A stretch of 64,000 bases of DNA, taken from assembly GCA_963734535.1 (NCBI GenBank), contig CAVTHS010000008.1, positions 448,001 through 512,000 on the forward strand. The letters are read 5' to 3'. This DNA is from an uncultured Chloroflexia bacterium. GTDB lineage: Bacteria > Chloroflexota > Limnocylindria > Limnocylindrales > CSP1-4. Shown here piece after piece: positions 1 to 8,885 of the stretch. Under the pieces are notes generated by a model. That model was not told the origin of the DNA. It saw only the letters and a list, made by a program, of their open reading frames with translations, and did no database searches. Made by a program: the position numbers and the translations under genes. Each line of letters begins with the position of its first letter. Within the stretch, counting starts at the first letter, position 1.

Positions 1-2
1 GT

Positions 3-587
3 GGCTACCTTCAGCTCGAGCAGCCGTTCCGTTGGCTCCGGTCGCTGACGGTCGACGGACGATCAATCGACGTCGAGCTGGATCTGCTCGCCCCTATCAC
101 GCCGCGAACGGCATCCGACCACCGGCACGAGCGGATCGGCGGAGAGCCGCTGGCCCGCCGGACGGAGGGCGCCGAGCTCGTCCGGATCGGCCGTGTCGAG
201 CGCGAACTCGAAGGTGTGCTGCCCGACGGGCGGGCGAACCGAGTGGCGGTCCGCGTCGCCACACCGGCGGCCCTCGTGATCCTCAAGGCGCTGGCGATGG
301 GTCAACGGGACAAGCCGAAGGACGCCTACGACATCGACTACCTCCTCCGCCACGTCGGCGTCAAAGGGGTGGCGGCCGGGGTCGCCGAATTTGGCCAGCT
401 CGAGCCGGTCAAGAAAGCCCTGGGCGTCCTGGCCGAGAAGTTCAGGTCGATCGATGCGATCGGGCCGGCGAGCGTGGCCCTCTACCGGCGCGTTCCGCTC
501 GGCAGTTCGGAGGCCGACCAACTCCAGGCGCTCGCCTACGCCCGCGTCGATCAACTGTTGCGACGGCTACAGGACGAGACGTCCTGA
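3..587 (+). CDS. Nucleotidyltransferase-like protein (AbiEii/DUF1814-like), 5'-truncated by the window edge
   Basis: Frame is open from position 3. Contains IDVELDLL and the C-terminal 'RVATPAALVILKALAMGQRDKPKDAYDIDYLL' (K..A...R...KD..D) motif. Confidence 0.6.
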   Translation, partial: GYLQLEQPFRWLRSLTVDGRSIDVELDLLAPITPRTASDHRHERIGGEPLARRTEGAELVRIGRVERELEGVLPDGRANRVAVRVATPAALVILKALAMGQRDKPKDAYDIDYLLRHVGVKGVAAGVAEFGQLEPVKKALGVLAEKFRSIDAIGPASVALYRRVPLGSSEADQLQALAYARVDQLLRRLQDETS

Positions 588-642
588 TGGGGGGTCCCGC
601 CACATTTGCAGGCACCAATCACCAGGCCGCGTCTGCCGCTCC

Positions 643-900
643 CTATCGTCCAGATCGGCGCTTCCTGGCAGAGAGGTACGCCAGCCTCGTGAAGTAGGCC
701 CGCCTCGCCGCGTCGGCGCGGCGGTGGCGTTCATGTTCGGGGAGACGGCGGTCGGGGTCGACCTGGTCGAGGAAGCGCTCGTTGAAGGCGACGCGGGCGG
801 CCTTGGTTGTTTCGCGTGGGTCGTAGCGGGCGTGGAGCATGTAGGCGGCCATCCGGGCGCGCATCACACGCTCCGAGGGCGTGAGGGACTCGCGCCTCAT
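643..900 (-). CDS. Small basic conserved hypothetical protein (85 aa)
   Basis: MRRESLT...AARVAFNERFLDQVDPDRRLPEHERHRRADAARRAYFTRLAYLSARKRR resembles a small protein seen in actinobacterial mobile regions (from recall). Confidence 0.6.
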   Translation of the reverse strand: MRRESLTPSERVMRARMAAYMLHARYDPRETTKAARVAFNERFLDQVDPDRRLPEHERHRRADAARRAYFTRLAYLSARKRRSGR

Positions 901-1007
901 CGGAGCGACTGGTGCTCCAGATCGGGATCCACCCGAACGAGAGCATAGACGGAGGCGAGGGACGGGAAGGCCATCGCGGGACGCACGGACGCTCGGACGA
1001 GGCCGCG

Positions 1008-1610
1008 TCAGCCGGCCATCGCTCGCGCTTCTCCGGTGCGGCCGCCACGCTCGCGGAACGCCTTCACGAAGGCCACGATCTCGAGCCCGTCCGCCGTTCC
1101 GAGGTCGAGTCCTGCCGCAAGGAACCATGCGACGACGCGGGACAGGCGACGGAGGCGGTAGTACTCGGCGGGCGTGATGAGGACGCCGACGAACGTGCCG
1201 CTCGAGTAGATGGCGGCCGGGCGACCTTCGGTGACCTCATCGACGATGGAGGCGACCCGCCGCTGGATCTCGGTGATCCCGATCGGCCGCGGGATCTCGA
1301 GGACCTGCCGTACGGCACGCCCCAGCCGTCGGATGGCAGTCCCGGTTGGGCGGACCTCCCCGCCGACCAATGAGCCGAGCGCGCTCGTGTCGTCGGCGAG
1401 CTCCGGGTAGACATCGAGCCCGTGGAGCGTCGACAGCGCCCGCTCAATGGCGATCCAGCGCTCGACCTCGACGTTGGTGACGAGCACGACCGCCGGATCG
1501 CCGTGCTGGAAGACCATCACCGGCGTTCCCGCCGTTGCGTGGGCGATCGCCAGTCGAGCCTTGTCGCGGAGCTCGTGCACCGCCATCGTCCGCGGCTCGC
1601 CGTTGATCAC
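1008..1610 (-). CDS. Protein with two tandem Phd/YefM-like antitoxin DNA-binding domains
   Basis: Two Phd-like segments: 'MAVHELRDKARLAIAHATAGTPVMVFQHGDPAVVLV' and 'IGITEIQRRVASIVDEVTEGRPAAIYSSGTFVGVLITPAEY'. GTG start overlaps the upstream TGA (GTGA), with GGAGG SD. Confidence 0.7.
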   Translation of the reverse strand: MINGEPRTMAVHELRDKARLAIAHATAGTPVMVFQHGDPAVVLVTNVEVERWIAIERALSTLHGLDVYPELADDTSALGSLVGGEVRPTGTAIRRLGRAVRQVLEIPRPIGITEIQRRVASIVDEVTEGRPAAIYSSGTFVGVLITPAEYYRLRRLSRVVAWFLAAGLDLGTADGLEIVAFVKAFRERGGRTGEARAMAG

Positions 1611-1897
1611 GACTCGGCCTCCCAATCGGAGGCCGGTGACAGCGGTTCGAGAACTGCCATACCGTCGCCGCACCGGGTGATGAGGACGGGCTCGCGGTGG
1701 GTGGGCTCGAGGCTACACAGGTTCCGCCACGGCAACGTCGCCATGCAGCTTCGGAAAGCCTCTCTGTCTTGTGAAGGTCGCAGGACAGCGGTGGGGTGGC
1801 CGTGGCGCAGGACGAGGACCTTGTCTCCGCGCGAGACCCTTGCTAGACAGGCGTCCGGCTGCCGACGAATTGATACCGTGGAGATCGTCTGTTCCAT
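1607..1897 (-). CDS. Phd/YefM-like protein, apparently with a duplicated domain
   Basis: 'TISTVSIRRQPDACLARVSRGDKVLVLRHGHPTAVLRP' followed by 'REPVLITRCGDGMAVLEPL'. Confidence 0.6.
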   Translation of the reverse strand: MEQTISTVSIRRQPDACLARVSRGDKVLVLRHGHPTAVLRPSQDREAFRSCMATLPWRNLCSLEPTHREPVLITRCGDGMAVLEPLSPASDWEAES

Positions 1898-1928
1898 GCC
1901 CCGACCGTACGCTCGCGCGGCGCCTAAT

Positions 1929-1969
1929 TCAAGTGAGTTAAGTGTATTGTTCGGTGTACTTTCTCGGAA
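1929..1969 (-). promoter_or_regulatory. Putative sigma70-type promoter and operator for the Phd-domain operon
   Basis: Minus strand TTCCGA-17bp-TACACT in an AT-rich patch, overlapped by direct repeats ACACTTAA/TCACTTGA. Confidence 0.45.
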
Positions 1970-2094
1970 GAGCCCGGCGGGGGCGGAACAAGCCCGACTG
2001 TCAAGCCTCGGACAGCTGCCGGTCCCGGACCTCAACCCTTCGGACGTCCGCTACGTGCTCTTCAGGCCCGATGGGTCTCCGGTGATCGCGGAGC

Positions 2095-2721
2095 TCAGGA
2101 GGGCTCTGACGGCGAGAGCGCGAACCATCCCTGCGTCTCGGCGAGCGTGACCAGCTCTGTCCGGCTGAGGACTCCGTAGCGCCCGAACAGGCGCCGGAGG
2201 GAGCTCTCCACGCCGCGCGTGCCGATGCCTAGGCGAACCGAGACCTCATCGTTCGAATGGCCGCTCCGGACGAGCCGGATGACCTCCAGCTCCCGGTCCG
2301 AGGGTGGTCGAGGCGCGTGGGAGGCGCCGTGCGACGCGGACGTGGCGAACGCAGTGCCGCCCGCCGCCACGCGGCGAAGGGCCGCCACGATCTCGGGGAC
2401 GCCTGCGGTCTTCGGCAGATAGCCTGCGGCTCCAAGCTCGAGCGCACGCTGGTGGAACGCGGGGTAGTCGAACGAGCTGAAGAGAACGACCGCCGGACGG
2501 TCCGGTCGATCGCGGAGCCCTCGAAGGATCTCGAAGCCGCCGGGCTCGCCCTGGAGCTGCACGTCGCACAGCACCACCGAGGGTTGGAGCTCGCCGGCAA
2601 GTCGGAGCGCCTCCTCCACGTCACCGGCGACCCCAACGATGTCGATGTCGGTCTCCCGATCGAGGAGGGCGGCCAGGCCCGTCGCGGTCGACGGGTGGTC
2701 GTCGATCACGAGAAGGCGCAT
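2095..2721 (-). CDS. NarL/LuxR-family response regulator (ComA-like)
   Basis: REC domain (IDDH, CDVQL, YLPK) plus LuxR HTH (SDRELEVIRLVRSGHSNDEV). ATG overlaps the kinase TAA. Confidence 0.92.
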   Translation of the reverse strand: MRLLVIDDHPSTATGLAALLDRETDIDIVGVAGDVEEALRLAGELQPSVVLCDVQLQGEPGGFEILRGLRDRPDRPAVVLFSSFDYPAFHQRALELGAAGYLPKTAGVPEIVAALRRVAAGGTAFATSASHGASHAPRPPSDRELEVIRLVRSGHSNDEVSVRLGIGTRGVESSLRRLFGRYGVLSRTELVTLAETQGWFALSPSEPS

Positions 2722-4193
2722 TACGCCGGCCACCGAAGAAGTACCATCGTCCCACCGCCCGGCCGCGCCCCGATCTGGATGACGGCGCCGATCGCGGCCG
2801 CCCGGCCCCGCATGTCGATGAGACCCAGGTGGCCCGCGCGGAGCGCCCGCTGCTCGTCTCCGGCCTGGATGCCGACGCCGTCGTCTCTCACCTCGAGCTC
2901 GGCGTGGCCAGCGTCCACGTCAAGTCGAACCCGGATAGTCCGCGGGCGCGCGTGGACCAATGCGTTGTCGAGCGCCTGCTGGCAAATGCGATACGCCGCG
3001 AGCTCGACGTCTCGTGGCGGACGTGCTTCCGACCCGAGCGGCGCGTTTTCGACGTCCAGCTCGATGCGAACACCGGTCCGGGCCTCGACCTGCTCGACCA
3101 GCCCCTCGAGCGCGGGCACGAGCCCGAGCTCCTCGAGAACGCTCAGCCGCCGATCACCCATTAGGTCGCGGAGGTCCACGGCGATCCCGCGCAGCCGCTC
3201 GGCGGCGTCGACGGCGGAGCCTCCCTCCTCGATGGAGCGGATCGCAGCCGAGAGATCGGGGAGGACGTCCGCGTGAAGCTCGGTGGCGAGTCGAGCCCGC
3301 TCGCGCTCGATGGCCGTGAGGCGCGTCCGGGTTCGGCCGGGCACGAGCTCGTCGACGACCAGGCCCAGCGCTACGGCCGGTGCCAGGGTCGACAGGCCGG
3401 CTCCCGAGCGTGCTCGCGCGCGGGCGAACGCCGAGGCGACGGTCGCGGAGAATGCCACGGCAGCGATGCCGACGGTCAGGACGACTGACAGGTTCCGAAG
3501 GGCGACCCAGTCGTCCTGCGCCGTTGCATACGACACGGCCCAGCCGACGAGGTAGGCCGCGACCGCCCCGATCGCGGCGAACCGGGCAATACGTGCCCTC
3601 GGGCCCGCAGCAGCGACCACGTACAACGCTCCAACGACCGGTCCGGCCACCTCGATGGCCAGGCTGAGCGGCGGATCGACGACGAGGGTCGCGGCGAGCG
3701 ACGCCAGGATCGGCGGCAACAGGAGAAGCCACCAGGCGACCGACGGCACGACGCGGGAGGCGAGGATCGCGAGGCCAAGGGCCAGCAGCCCGGCGATCAG
3801 GGGTTGCGGTTCTGGTGGCAGGTCGTGGCGCTGGACCGTGATCCGGGCGACGCCGTCGGTGATCAACATCGATTCCCAGTCGCCGGACGGGAGCACGTCC
3901 GACGGGCTGATCCCGATGACCTCCATCCCGGGGCGAATGCCGCCGATCCAAGCGATGCCCCCAGGCGAGACGGTCGTCACGAGCCAGCGGTCGTCAGGCT
4001 GGTGCGTCACGCCGATGCTGAGCGTCGGCATTCCGACCAGGACCAGCCAGCCAAGTGCGAGCAGCGAGGCGATCGCAATGCCGATGGCCACGCCGAGGGC
4101 GCGGGTCGGCCGGGCTGTGCGGATCTGGGCGTCTCCCGGTGCTGCTAAAGACACGGTCGTTCCCTGCTTCTTGGCGGATCGGCCTCCGATCAT
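2721..4193 (-). CDS. Membrane sensor histidine kinase with PDZ-like extracellular domain (ComP-like, HisKA_3); start uncertain
   Basis: PDZ-like 'WLVTTVSPGGIAWIGGIRPGMEVIGI', several TM helices, H-box ERARLATELHA, N-box QQALDNALVHA, DDGVG and GHLGL. Confidence 0.88.
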   Translation of the reverse strand: MIGGRSAKKQGTTVSLAAPGDAQIRTARPTRALGVAIGIAIASLLALGWLVLVGMPTLSIGVTHQPDDRWLVTTVSPGGIAWIGGIRPGMEVIGISPSDVLPSGDWESMLITDGVARITVQRHDLPPEPQPLIAGLLALGLAILASRVVPSVAWWLLLLPPILASLAATLVVDPPLSLAIEVAGPVVGALYVVAAAGPRARIARFAAIGAVAAYLVGWAVSYATAQDDWVALRNLSVVLTVGIAAVAFSATVASAFARARARSGAGLSTLAPAVALGLVVDELVPGRTRTRLTAIERERARLATELHADVLPDLSAAIRSIEEGGSAVDAAERLRGIAVDLRDLMGDRRLSVLEELGLVPALEGLVEQVEARTGVRIELDVENAPLGSEARPPRDVELAAYRICQQALDNALVHARPRTIRVRLDVDAGHAELEVRDDGVGIQAGDEQRALRAGHLGLIDMRGRAAAIGAVIQIGARPGGGTMVLLRWPA

Positions 4194-4234
4194 ACGGGCG
4201 TTGAGATGGCTCGTCGTACGGACCAATCCGACCG

Positions 4235-4465
4235 TGACGTGATCCCACGCCGCCCGCCTAGCGTGATTCCACGCCTTGCATCGGCGCCGACAGGCTCGAC
4301 AGTGGTGGTGCGTCCCTGACCACCGGAACCGCAGTCGAGGTCGCGCGCCATGCATGGATCCAAAGGTCGTCGAGGGCGTTGGGTGATCGGATGGGCAGTG
4401 CTGGGCCTCCTCGCGCTGCCGGTGACGGTCTCGGCCGCACCAGCCACGAATGGGGGGTCGGCCCT
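4235..4465 (+). repeat. Cassette leader repeat, copy 1 (promoter plus 5' part of the crystallin-like gene)
   Basis: Aligns by eye with 5985-6215 and 9190-9420, then diverges abruptly at about 4465. Confidence 0.9.
4238..4303 (+). promoter_or_regulatory. Twin CGTG-N4-CACG dyads plus TTGCAT-16bp-GACAGT promoter (copy 1)
   Basis: CGTGATCCCACG at 4238 and CGTGATTCCACG at 4262, 24 bp apart, abutting the putative -35. Confidence 0.65.
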
Positions 4466-4493
4466 GAGCGCTGCTCTCACCCGATCCCGGTGA
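4350..4493 (+). CDS. 47-aa signal-peptide ORF, truncated paralog of the crystallin-like genes
   Basis: MHGSKGRRGRWVIGWAVLGLLALPVTVSAAPATNGGSALSAALTRSR*, with the same GAGG SD and ATG as copies 2 and 3. Confidence 0.55.
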   Translation: MHGSKGRRGRWVIGWAVLGLLALPVTVSAAPATNGGSALSAALTRSR

Positions 4494-4682
4494 CAGCCGC
4501 GCTGGCTAACCGCGCGACGTCGTCAGCTCCAGTCGGACCGGTTGTCGGCGTCCCAAAGGAGGGGTCCTCAAGAGAAGGGGACAACGGCGTTCCTTAGGGG
4601 ACGGGACTCTCCACTTGCTCCGCGGCGCACGACTGCGGGCACAACTTCACGGCACCAGGTAGATCCATCGAGAGGTGTACTC

Positions 4683-5228
4683 GTGAGAATTCGACGCGCG
4701 ACGGTTCTGTCGCTCGCCATGGCCGCCGCCTTGCTGCTTCCGGCCGCGCCGGTGGCGGCCACTTCACCTGCGTCGTCGATCATGTCCGTCACGGTCAACA
4801 GCCACCAGCTGCCCGATGGTACGCGAGTAGTTCTTAGCAAGGTGTGGACGACGAGCCCGGCCAATGCGATTCCGGCTGCGATCACGCCGATGTCCGCCGG
4901 GCAGTGGCACGCCGGATGCAATATGACCGGCTGGAGCGGCACCAACCGAATCTGGACCTTCACTGTCTGGCAGGACTTCTGGTCGAATGGGTCCTACATC
5001 ACGTACTTTCCGGACCCGCAGCCGGACGGGACGGGTTGGTTGGGCTGGGTCCAGAACTCCACCCCGCCTCCAACACACTGGTGGATCTCGTATCCGTACG
5101 CGGGCACCGCCTCGGGCAGGTACTCCTTCACGTACTACACCATCTACGGCCAGCCAGGGTCCTCAACCTCGGGTTACGTTCAGATCTACGTCAACTACCC
5201 AGGCACGTGGAGTTGTCAAGGCGCTTAG
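4683..5228 (+). CDS. Secreted aromatic-rich hypothetical protein (putative beta-rich, two Cys)
   Basis: GTG start after GAGG; signal peptide RIRRATVLSLAMAAALLLPAAPVAA; mature part rich in W, Y, T and G. Confidence 0.75.
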   Translation: MRIRRATVLSLAMAAALLLPAAPVAATSPASSIMSVTVNSHQLPDGTRVVLSKVWTTSPANAIPAAITPMSAGQWHAGCNMTGWSGTNRIWTFTVWQDFWSNGSYITYFPDPQPDGTGWLGWVQNSTPPPTHWWISYPYAGTASGRYSFTYYTIYGQPGSSTSGYVQIYVNYPGTWSCQGA

Positions 5229-5442
5229 TCCCGAAAGAGGCCCGCACCGAGCCCGCGGTTGGAGATGTCGTCCGGGCGTCGAATCATCGGGCGCCTTGGA
5301 TAGTTCGTTCCGCCACTGGGGGTTCGGTTCGAAGTCCCAGATCGAGGCGATCGGATCGTAGATCCGATCGCCTCGTTGAGCCGGAGCGGAGGCGCGGATC
5401 AATCGGCGCCTCTGCTCCGGTCGATCGAAAGGACGGAAGCGA

Positions 5443-5739
5443 ATGTACGACGGATCGATTAGCAGTCTTGTGGGTGCAGTCCTGTATGTGGTCGCGCCTG
5501 TTCTCCTGGTCGTCGTCTTGCTCTTGTTGCTCAGGGCGGTCATCGCGGGCGGGATTCGTGACGGGTTGCGAGCCGCGCGGACAGGCGAGGACCCGGACAC
5601 CATCCTGAAGCGGCGGTACGCCTTGGGCGAGATTGATGAGTCCGAATTCCAGCGTTGCCAGAGACTGCTGTCTACACCCCAGCATCCCTCATCCGACAAC
5701 AGCTCGCCGGGCGAGCATCCGTCGGCGCTCGACCCCTGA
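5443..5739 (+). CDS. Small membrane protein with SHOCT domain
   Basis: TM helix followed by 'DPDTILKRRYALGEIDESEF'. Confidence 0.75.
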   Translation: MYDGSISSLVGAVLYVVAPVLLVVVLLLLLRAVIAGGIRDGLRAARTGEDPDTILKRRYALGEIDESEFQRCQRLLSTPQHPSSDNSSPGEHPSALDP

Positions 5740-5984
5740 TCTGGCGTGGCCACCTTCACGACGACCGGCAAGGCAGCCGGCAACGTCCCGGGGCGCTCTC
5801 GGACGGGCGTTCCTGGACGCGGGAACAGGTGTGGACTCTGGGGAGACGCGACGTCCTGGGCCATTCGAGATGGGCACGACCAATCCGCGCCCAGCTGCCC
5901 ATGCGACCTCGCAGGGGTCGCCTCGGCTCGTTCGGGTCATGCCGACACCCCAAAGGCCGCCGGCCAGCACGGGCGAGTCAACCG

Positions 5985-6655
5985 TGACGTGATTCCAAGC
6001 CGTCCGGCAGGCGTGATCCCACGCCTTGCATCGGCGCCGACCGGCCTGACAGTGGTGGTGCGTCCCTGACCACCCCAACTGCAGTCGAGGTCGTGCCGCC
6101 ATGCATGGATATCAGGGACGTCGACCCTGCTGGGTGATCGGATTCGCGGTGCTGGGCCTCCTCGTGCTGCCGATGACGGTCTCGGCCGCGCCGGCCACGA
6201 ATGGGGCGCCGGCCGTCTACCTCGGTGGCCAGCGGATCGAGGGCCGCGCGGCAGCCAACCTCTTCTGTCACGACCGGGACTACCCCGTCATTCGCTGCTT
6301 CCGAACGGCAGCCGACCGGGCCACCAAGGAGGGCGGGCTCGCCGGGGCGCCGGATGGCGCGGTCGCCGGCAGCGTTGGTCAGCCCAACCTCCTGAGCCCG
6401 TACGTCCGCTGGTACCGCGATGCCAACTTCAGCGGTCCGAGCTTCGAAGCCTATGTCTACGAGCCGGACCTGGCCGCGATCGGCTGGGACAACCAGATCA
6501 GCTCCTTCCTGCCCCTCAACGGCGGCCATCCTCTGTGGTGGACGGGGCCGAACCGGACCGGCAACAGGTGGGACTGGGGCACCGCTTCGGCGGCCACCCT
6601 CGGCGCTGCCAACAACCAGTTCTCGAGCACGGACAAGGGCTGATCGGGGGTGAGG
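5985..6655 (+). repeat. Cassette leader repeat, copy 2 (promoter plus full crystallin-like gene)
   Basis: Near-identical to 9190-9860; dyads at 5988 and 6012, TTGCAT at 6026, GACAGT at 6048. Confidence 0.95.
6101..6643 (+). CDS. Secreted beta/gamma-crystallin-fold protein (peptidase inhibitor I36-like)
   Basis: Signal peptide plus two Greek-key-like motifs: 'WYRDANFSG...DLAAIGWDNQISS' and 'WWTGPNRTG...TLGAANNQFSS'. Confidence 0.75.
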   Translation: MHGYQGRRPCWVIGFAVLGLLVLPMTVSAAPATNGAPAVYLGGQRIEGRAAANLFCHDRDYPVIRCFRTAADRATKEGGLAGAPDGAVAGSVGQPNLLSPYVRWYRDANFSGPSFEAYVYEPDLAAIGWDNQISSFLPLNGGHPLWWTGPNRTGNRWDWGTASAATLGAANNQFSSTDKG

Positions 6656-6690
6656 TCATGCGACGTGGGGCACGGTAGAACGGGAAGCAA

Positions 6691-7641
6691 ATGGAGATTC
6701 CGATGAGATGTTCCTCCACGCATGTCCGAGCCGCGGGCCACTGTCACCCGCGCTTGCTCGGGCCCATCGCCGCCGTGGCGCTGCTCGCCATGACCGTCGG
6801 GTCGGTGAGCGCCGCCGGGCCAACCGTCGGCGCAGCCGGCGTGATGCGGTCCGCTACCTTCACCGACGACATGGCCCCGGCTTGGAAAACGCAGCTCTTG
6901 GCCCTACACACGAAGCGAGACGCCGGCATGATGACGGCGGCTGATGCCACCGCATGGAACAACATAATCGACGCCCAGGGGCTCGACCCGGCAGCACGGA
7001 TCTCAACAGCCGGTCCTTCGGCATCGGGCGGCATCGTCCCGATGGCGACTTCACGGGACCTCACCGGTACCCAGCAGCCGCAGACGCAGACGTACTACTG
7101 CGGACCCGCGTCGGGCCAGAGCATCGTGCTCGCCTGGCATAACGTGAATCCCGTCCTCTACCCGACGGCGTCGCAATGGGACGGCGCCAGCCTCAGCCAG
7201 GCACATTTGGGCACCGCAACCTACACCAACGCCGACAATAGTCACAGCACGGACTGGGGCGACGGCGACATGACGAGGGCGCTGAACCGGTGGATCTTCA
7301 ATGGCGGGGTCACGTACGTGCAGTACACGCCCACGTCTGCTGCGGCGCTCGCCAGCCACGTCACGACCGACATCGACCTCAACATGATGATGGCCGCGGG
7401 AACGGTGGAGTGGATCAATGGGAGCCACTTCAACTCCCACCCGAACCTGACCATCTACCACTGGACGACGATCCGCGGATACACGAGCTCAGGTTCGACG
7501 CTCGACCTCCAGGACTCCGCCGCCAACACGAGCGTCCTCGGCAGTGCCTGGGCAAACGTGCAACCGTATTTCTCGATGAGCTCGTCGAACGGCTACTACT
7601 ACCAGACGCAGAACGGCGCCACGTTCGGCATCGCCTGGTGA
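6691..7641 (+). CDS. Secreted C39-like (papain-fold) peptidase
   Basis: Signal peptide; QTQTYYCGPAS (Cys), YHWTTIRGY (His), LQDSA (Asp). Start codon uncertain. Confidence 0.8.
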   Translation: MEIPMRCSSTHVRAAGHCHPRLLGPIAAVALLAMTVGSVSAAGPTVGAAGVMRSATFTDDMAPAWKTQLLALHTKRDAGMMTAADATAWNNIIDAQGLDPAARISTAGPSASGGIVPMATSRDLTGTQQPQTQTYYCGPASGQSIVLAWHNVNPVLYPTASQWDGASLSQAHLGTATYTNADNSHSTDWGDGDMTRALNRWIFNGGVTYVQYTPTSAAALASHVTTDIDLNMMMAAGTVEWINGSHFNSHPNLTIYHWTTIRGYTSSGSTLDLQDSAANTSVLGSAWANVQPYFSMSSSNGYYYQTQNGATFGIAW

Positions 7642-8885
7642 GGTATCGGCTCGCCGCGCTGGCCGCCAGCGCGTGCCTCGTTGCGTCCTGCGGTGGGCCA
7701 GCCTCTCCTTCCGTGACGGGCGCGTCGACGCTCGTGCCCGTCACGCCCACGCCCGCCACGGCTACTCCCGTCGCCGCGACGGCCAGCGCCACTCCCTTCG
7801 TGACCGCGACGCCGCGGCCGTCGCCCGACGCCGCGGCCTGCCGCCTGTCTGACCCGGTCGGGGTGACCGCGCCGGCAAGCCTCACACGCTTCACTCGCGT
7901 CGGCGGGGGGGTGATCGGCGTCACCGACCGGGGCGAGTTGATCGTCGCCCAGTCCCATCTGCTCGGCTTCACCGACACCCTGAGTCTGTTCGACCCGCGG
8001 ACGGGGACCGTCACGCCGGTGGTCTCGCGGCCGACCCCGAAGAACCCGGAGGCGGCGACGTCCGCGATCGGGGGATTCGTAACCGGGAACGCCGACTGGG
8101 TCGTGTGGGAAGAGGTCGGCTTCTGGCTCGAGCACTCGGACTGGCGGATGTGGGCGCTTGACCGCGCCACCGGAAAGGTCCGCGAGGTCGCCTCGTTCGA
8201 ACCCGGTACCGACGGTCAGGTCGCACCAGGCTGGGCGAGCGATCTATCCCTGCTGGGCGACATCGTCACCTGGTCGGCCCCGGCGATGCTCGGTCCGAAC
8301 CGGGCCGGGCAGCGGATCTACGTGGCGGACCTGCGCGCCGGGACCGTCCGGCGGCTCGACATGGAGGCGAACTGGCCTTCGATGATGTCCGCGCTCGAGA
8401 TCAGTGCCGCCACGGAGGTGGGCACCGACCCCGCCACCGGCAAGGTGCTCGGTCTGCCGACGACGATCAGCCTTCCCGGCGGCAAGGCGACGCCGCAGGA
8501 CTGGATGAAGCCCGCGGTCCTCCTTTCTCAGGCTTCCAGCCCAGCGGGAACGGTCGTGACGCGCCTGCTGAGGCAGGCGACGGCGGACGACTCCGTGGCC
8601 ATCGCCGATGTGATGACGCACGATGCTTCCGGACTCACCCGGACGTTCGCCCTGCCGAACGGCTGGGGACCCGTCGTAGCCGGGCTGGGCTTCCTCGCGT
8701 GGGCCGATCAGCAGCACCTCTGGATCCTGCCGTCCGGGCAGGCCGAGCCGACGGTGCTCCTCGAGACGCCGGACGACTCAGCCCAAGTCCAGGTACTCGC
8801 CAATGGGGCCTTCGTGTTCTGGCGATCTGTCGGCCACGAGTACGACTGGACCACCAACAGGGTGGCGAGCGTGATCTGCCCGTGA
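7638..8885 (+). CDS. Lipoprotein, putative beta-propeller
   Basis: GTG overlaps the upstream TGA; lipobox LVASC, P/T-rich linker, propeller-like segments (DWVVWEE...WRMWALDRATG). Confidence 0.75.
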   Translation: MRYRLAALAASACLVASCGGPASPSVTGASTLVPVTPTPATATPVAATASATPFVTATPRPSPDAAACRLSDPVGVTAPASLTRFTRVGGGVIGVTDRGELIVAQSHLLGFTDTLSLFDPRTGTVTPVVSRPTPKNPEAATSAIGGFVTGNADWVVWEEVGFWLEHSDWRMWALDRATGKVREVASFEPGTDGQVAPGWASDLSLLGDIVTWSAPAMLGPNRAGQRIYVADLRAGTVRRLDMEANWPSMMSALEISAATEVGTDPATGKVLGLPTTISLPGGKATPQDWMKPAVLLSQASSPAGTVVTRLLRQATADDSVAIADVMTHDASGLTRTFALPNGWGPVVAGLGFLAWADQQHLWILPSGQAEPTVLLETPDDSAQVQVLANGAFVFWRSVGHEYDWTTNRVASVICP

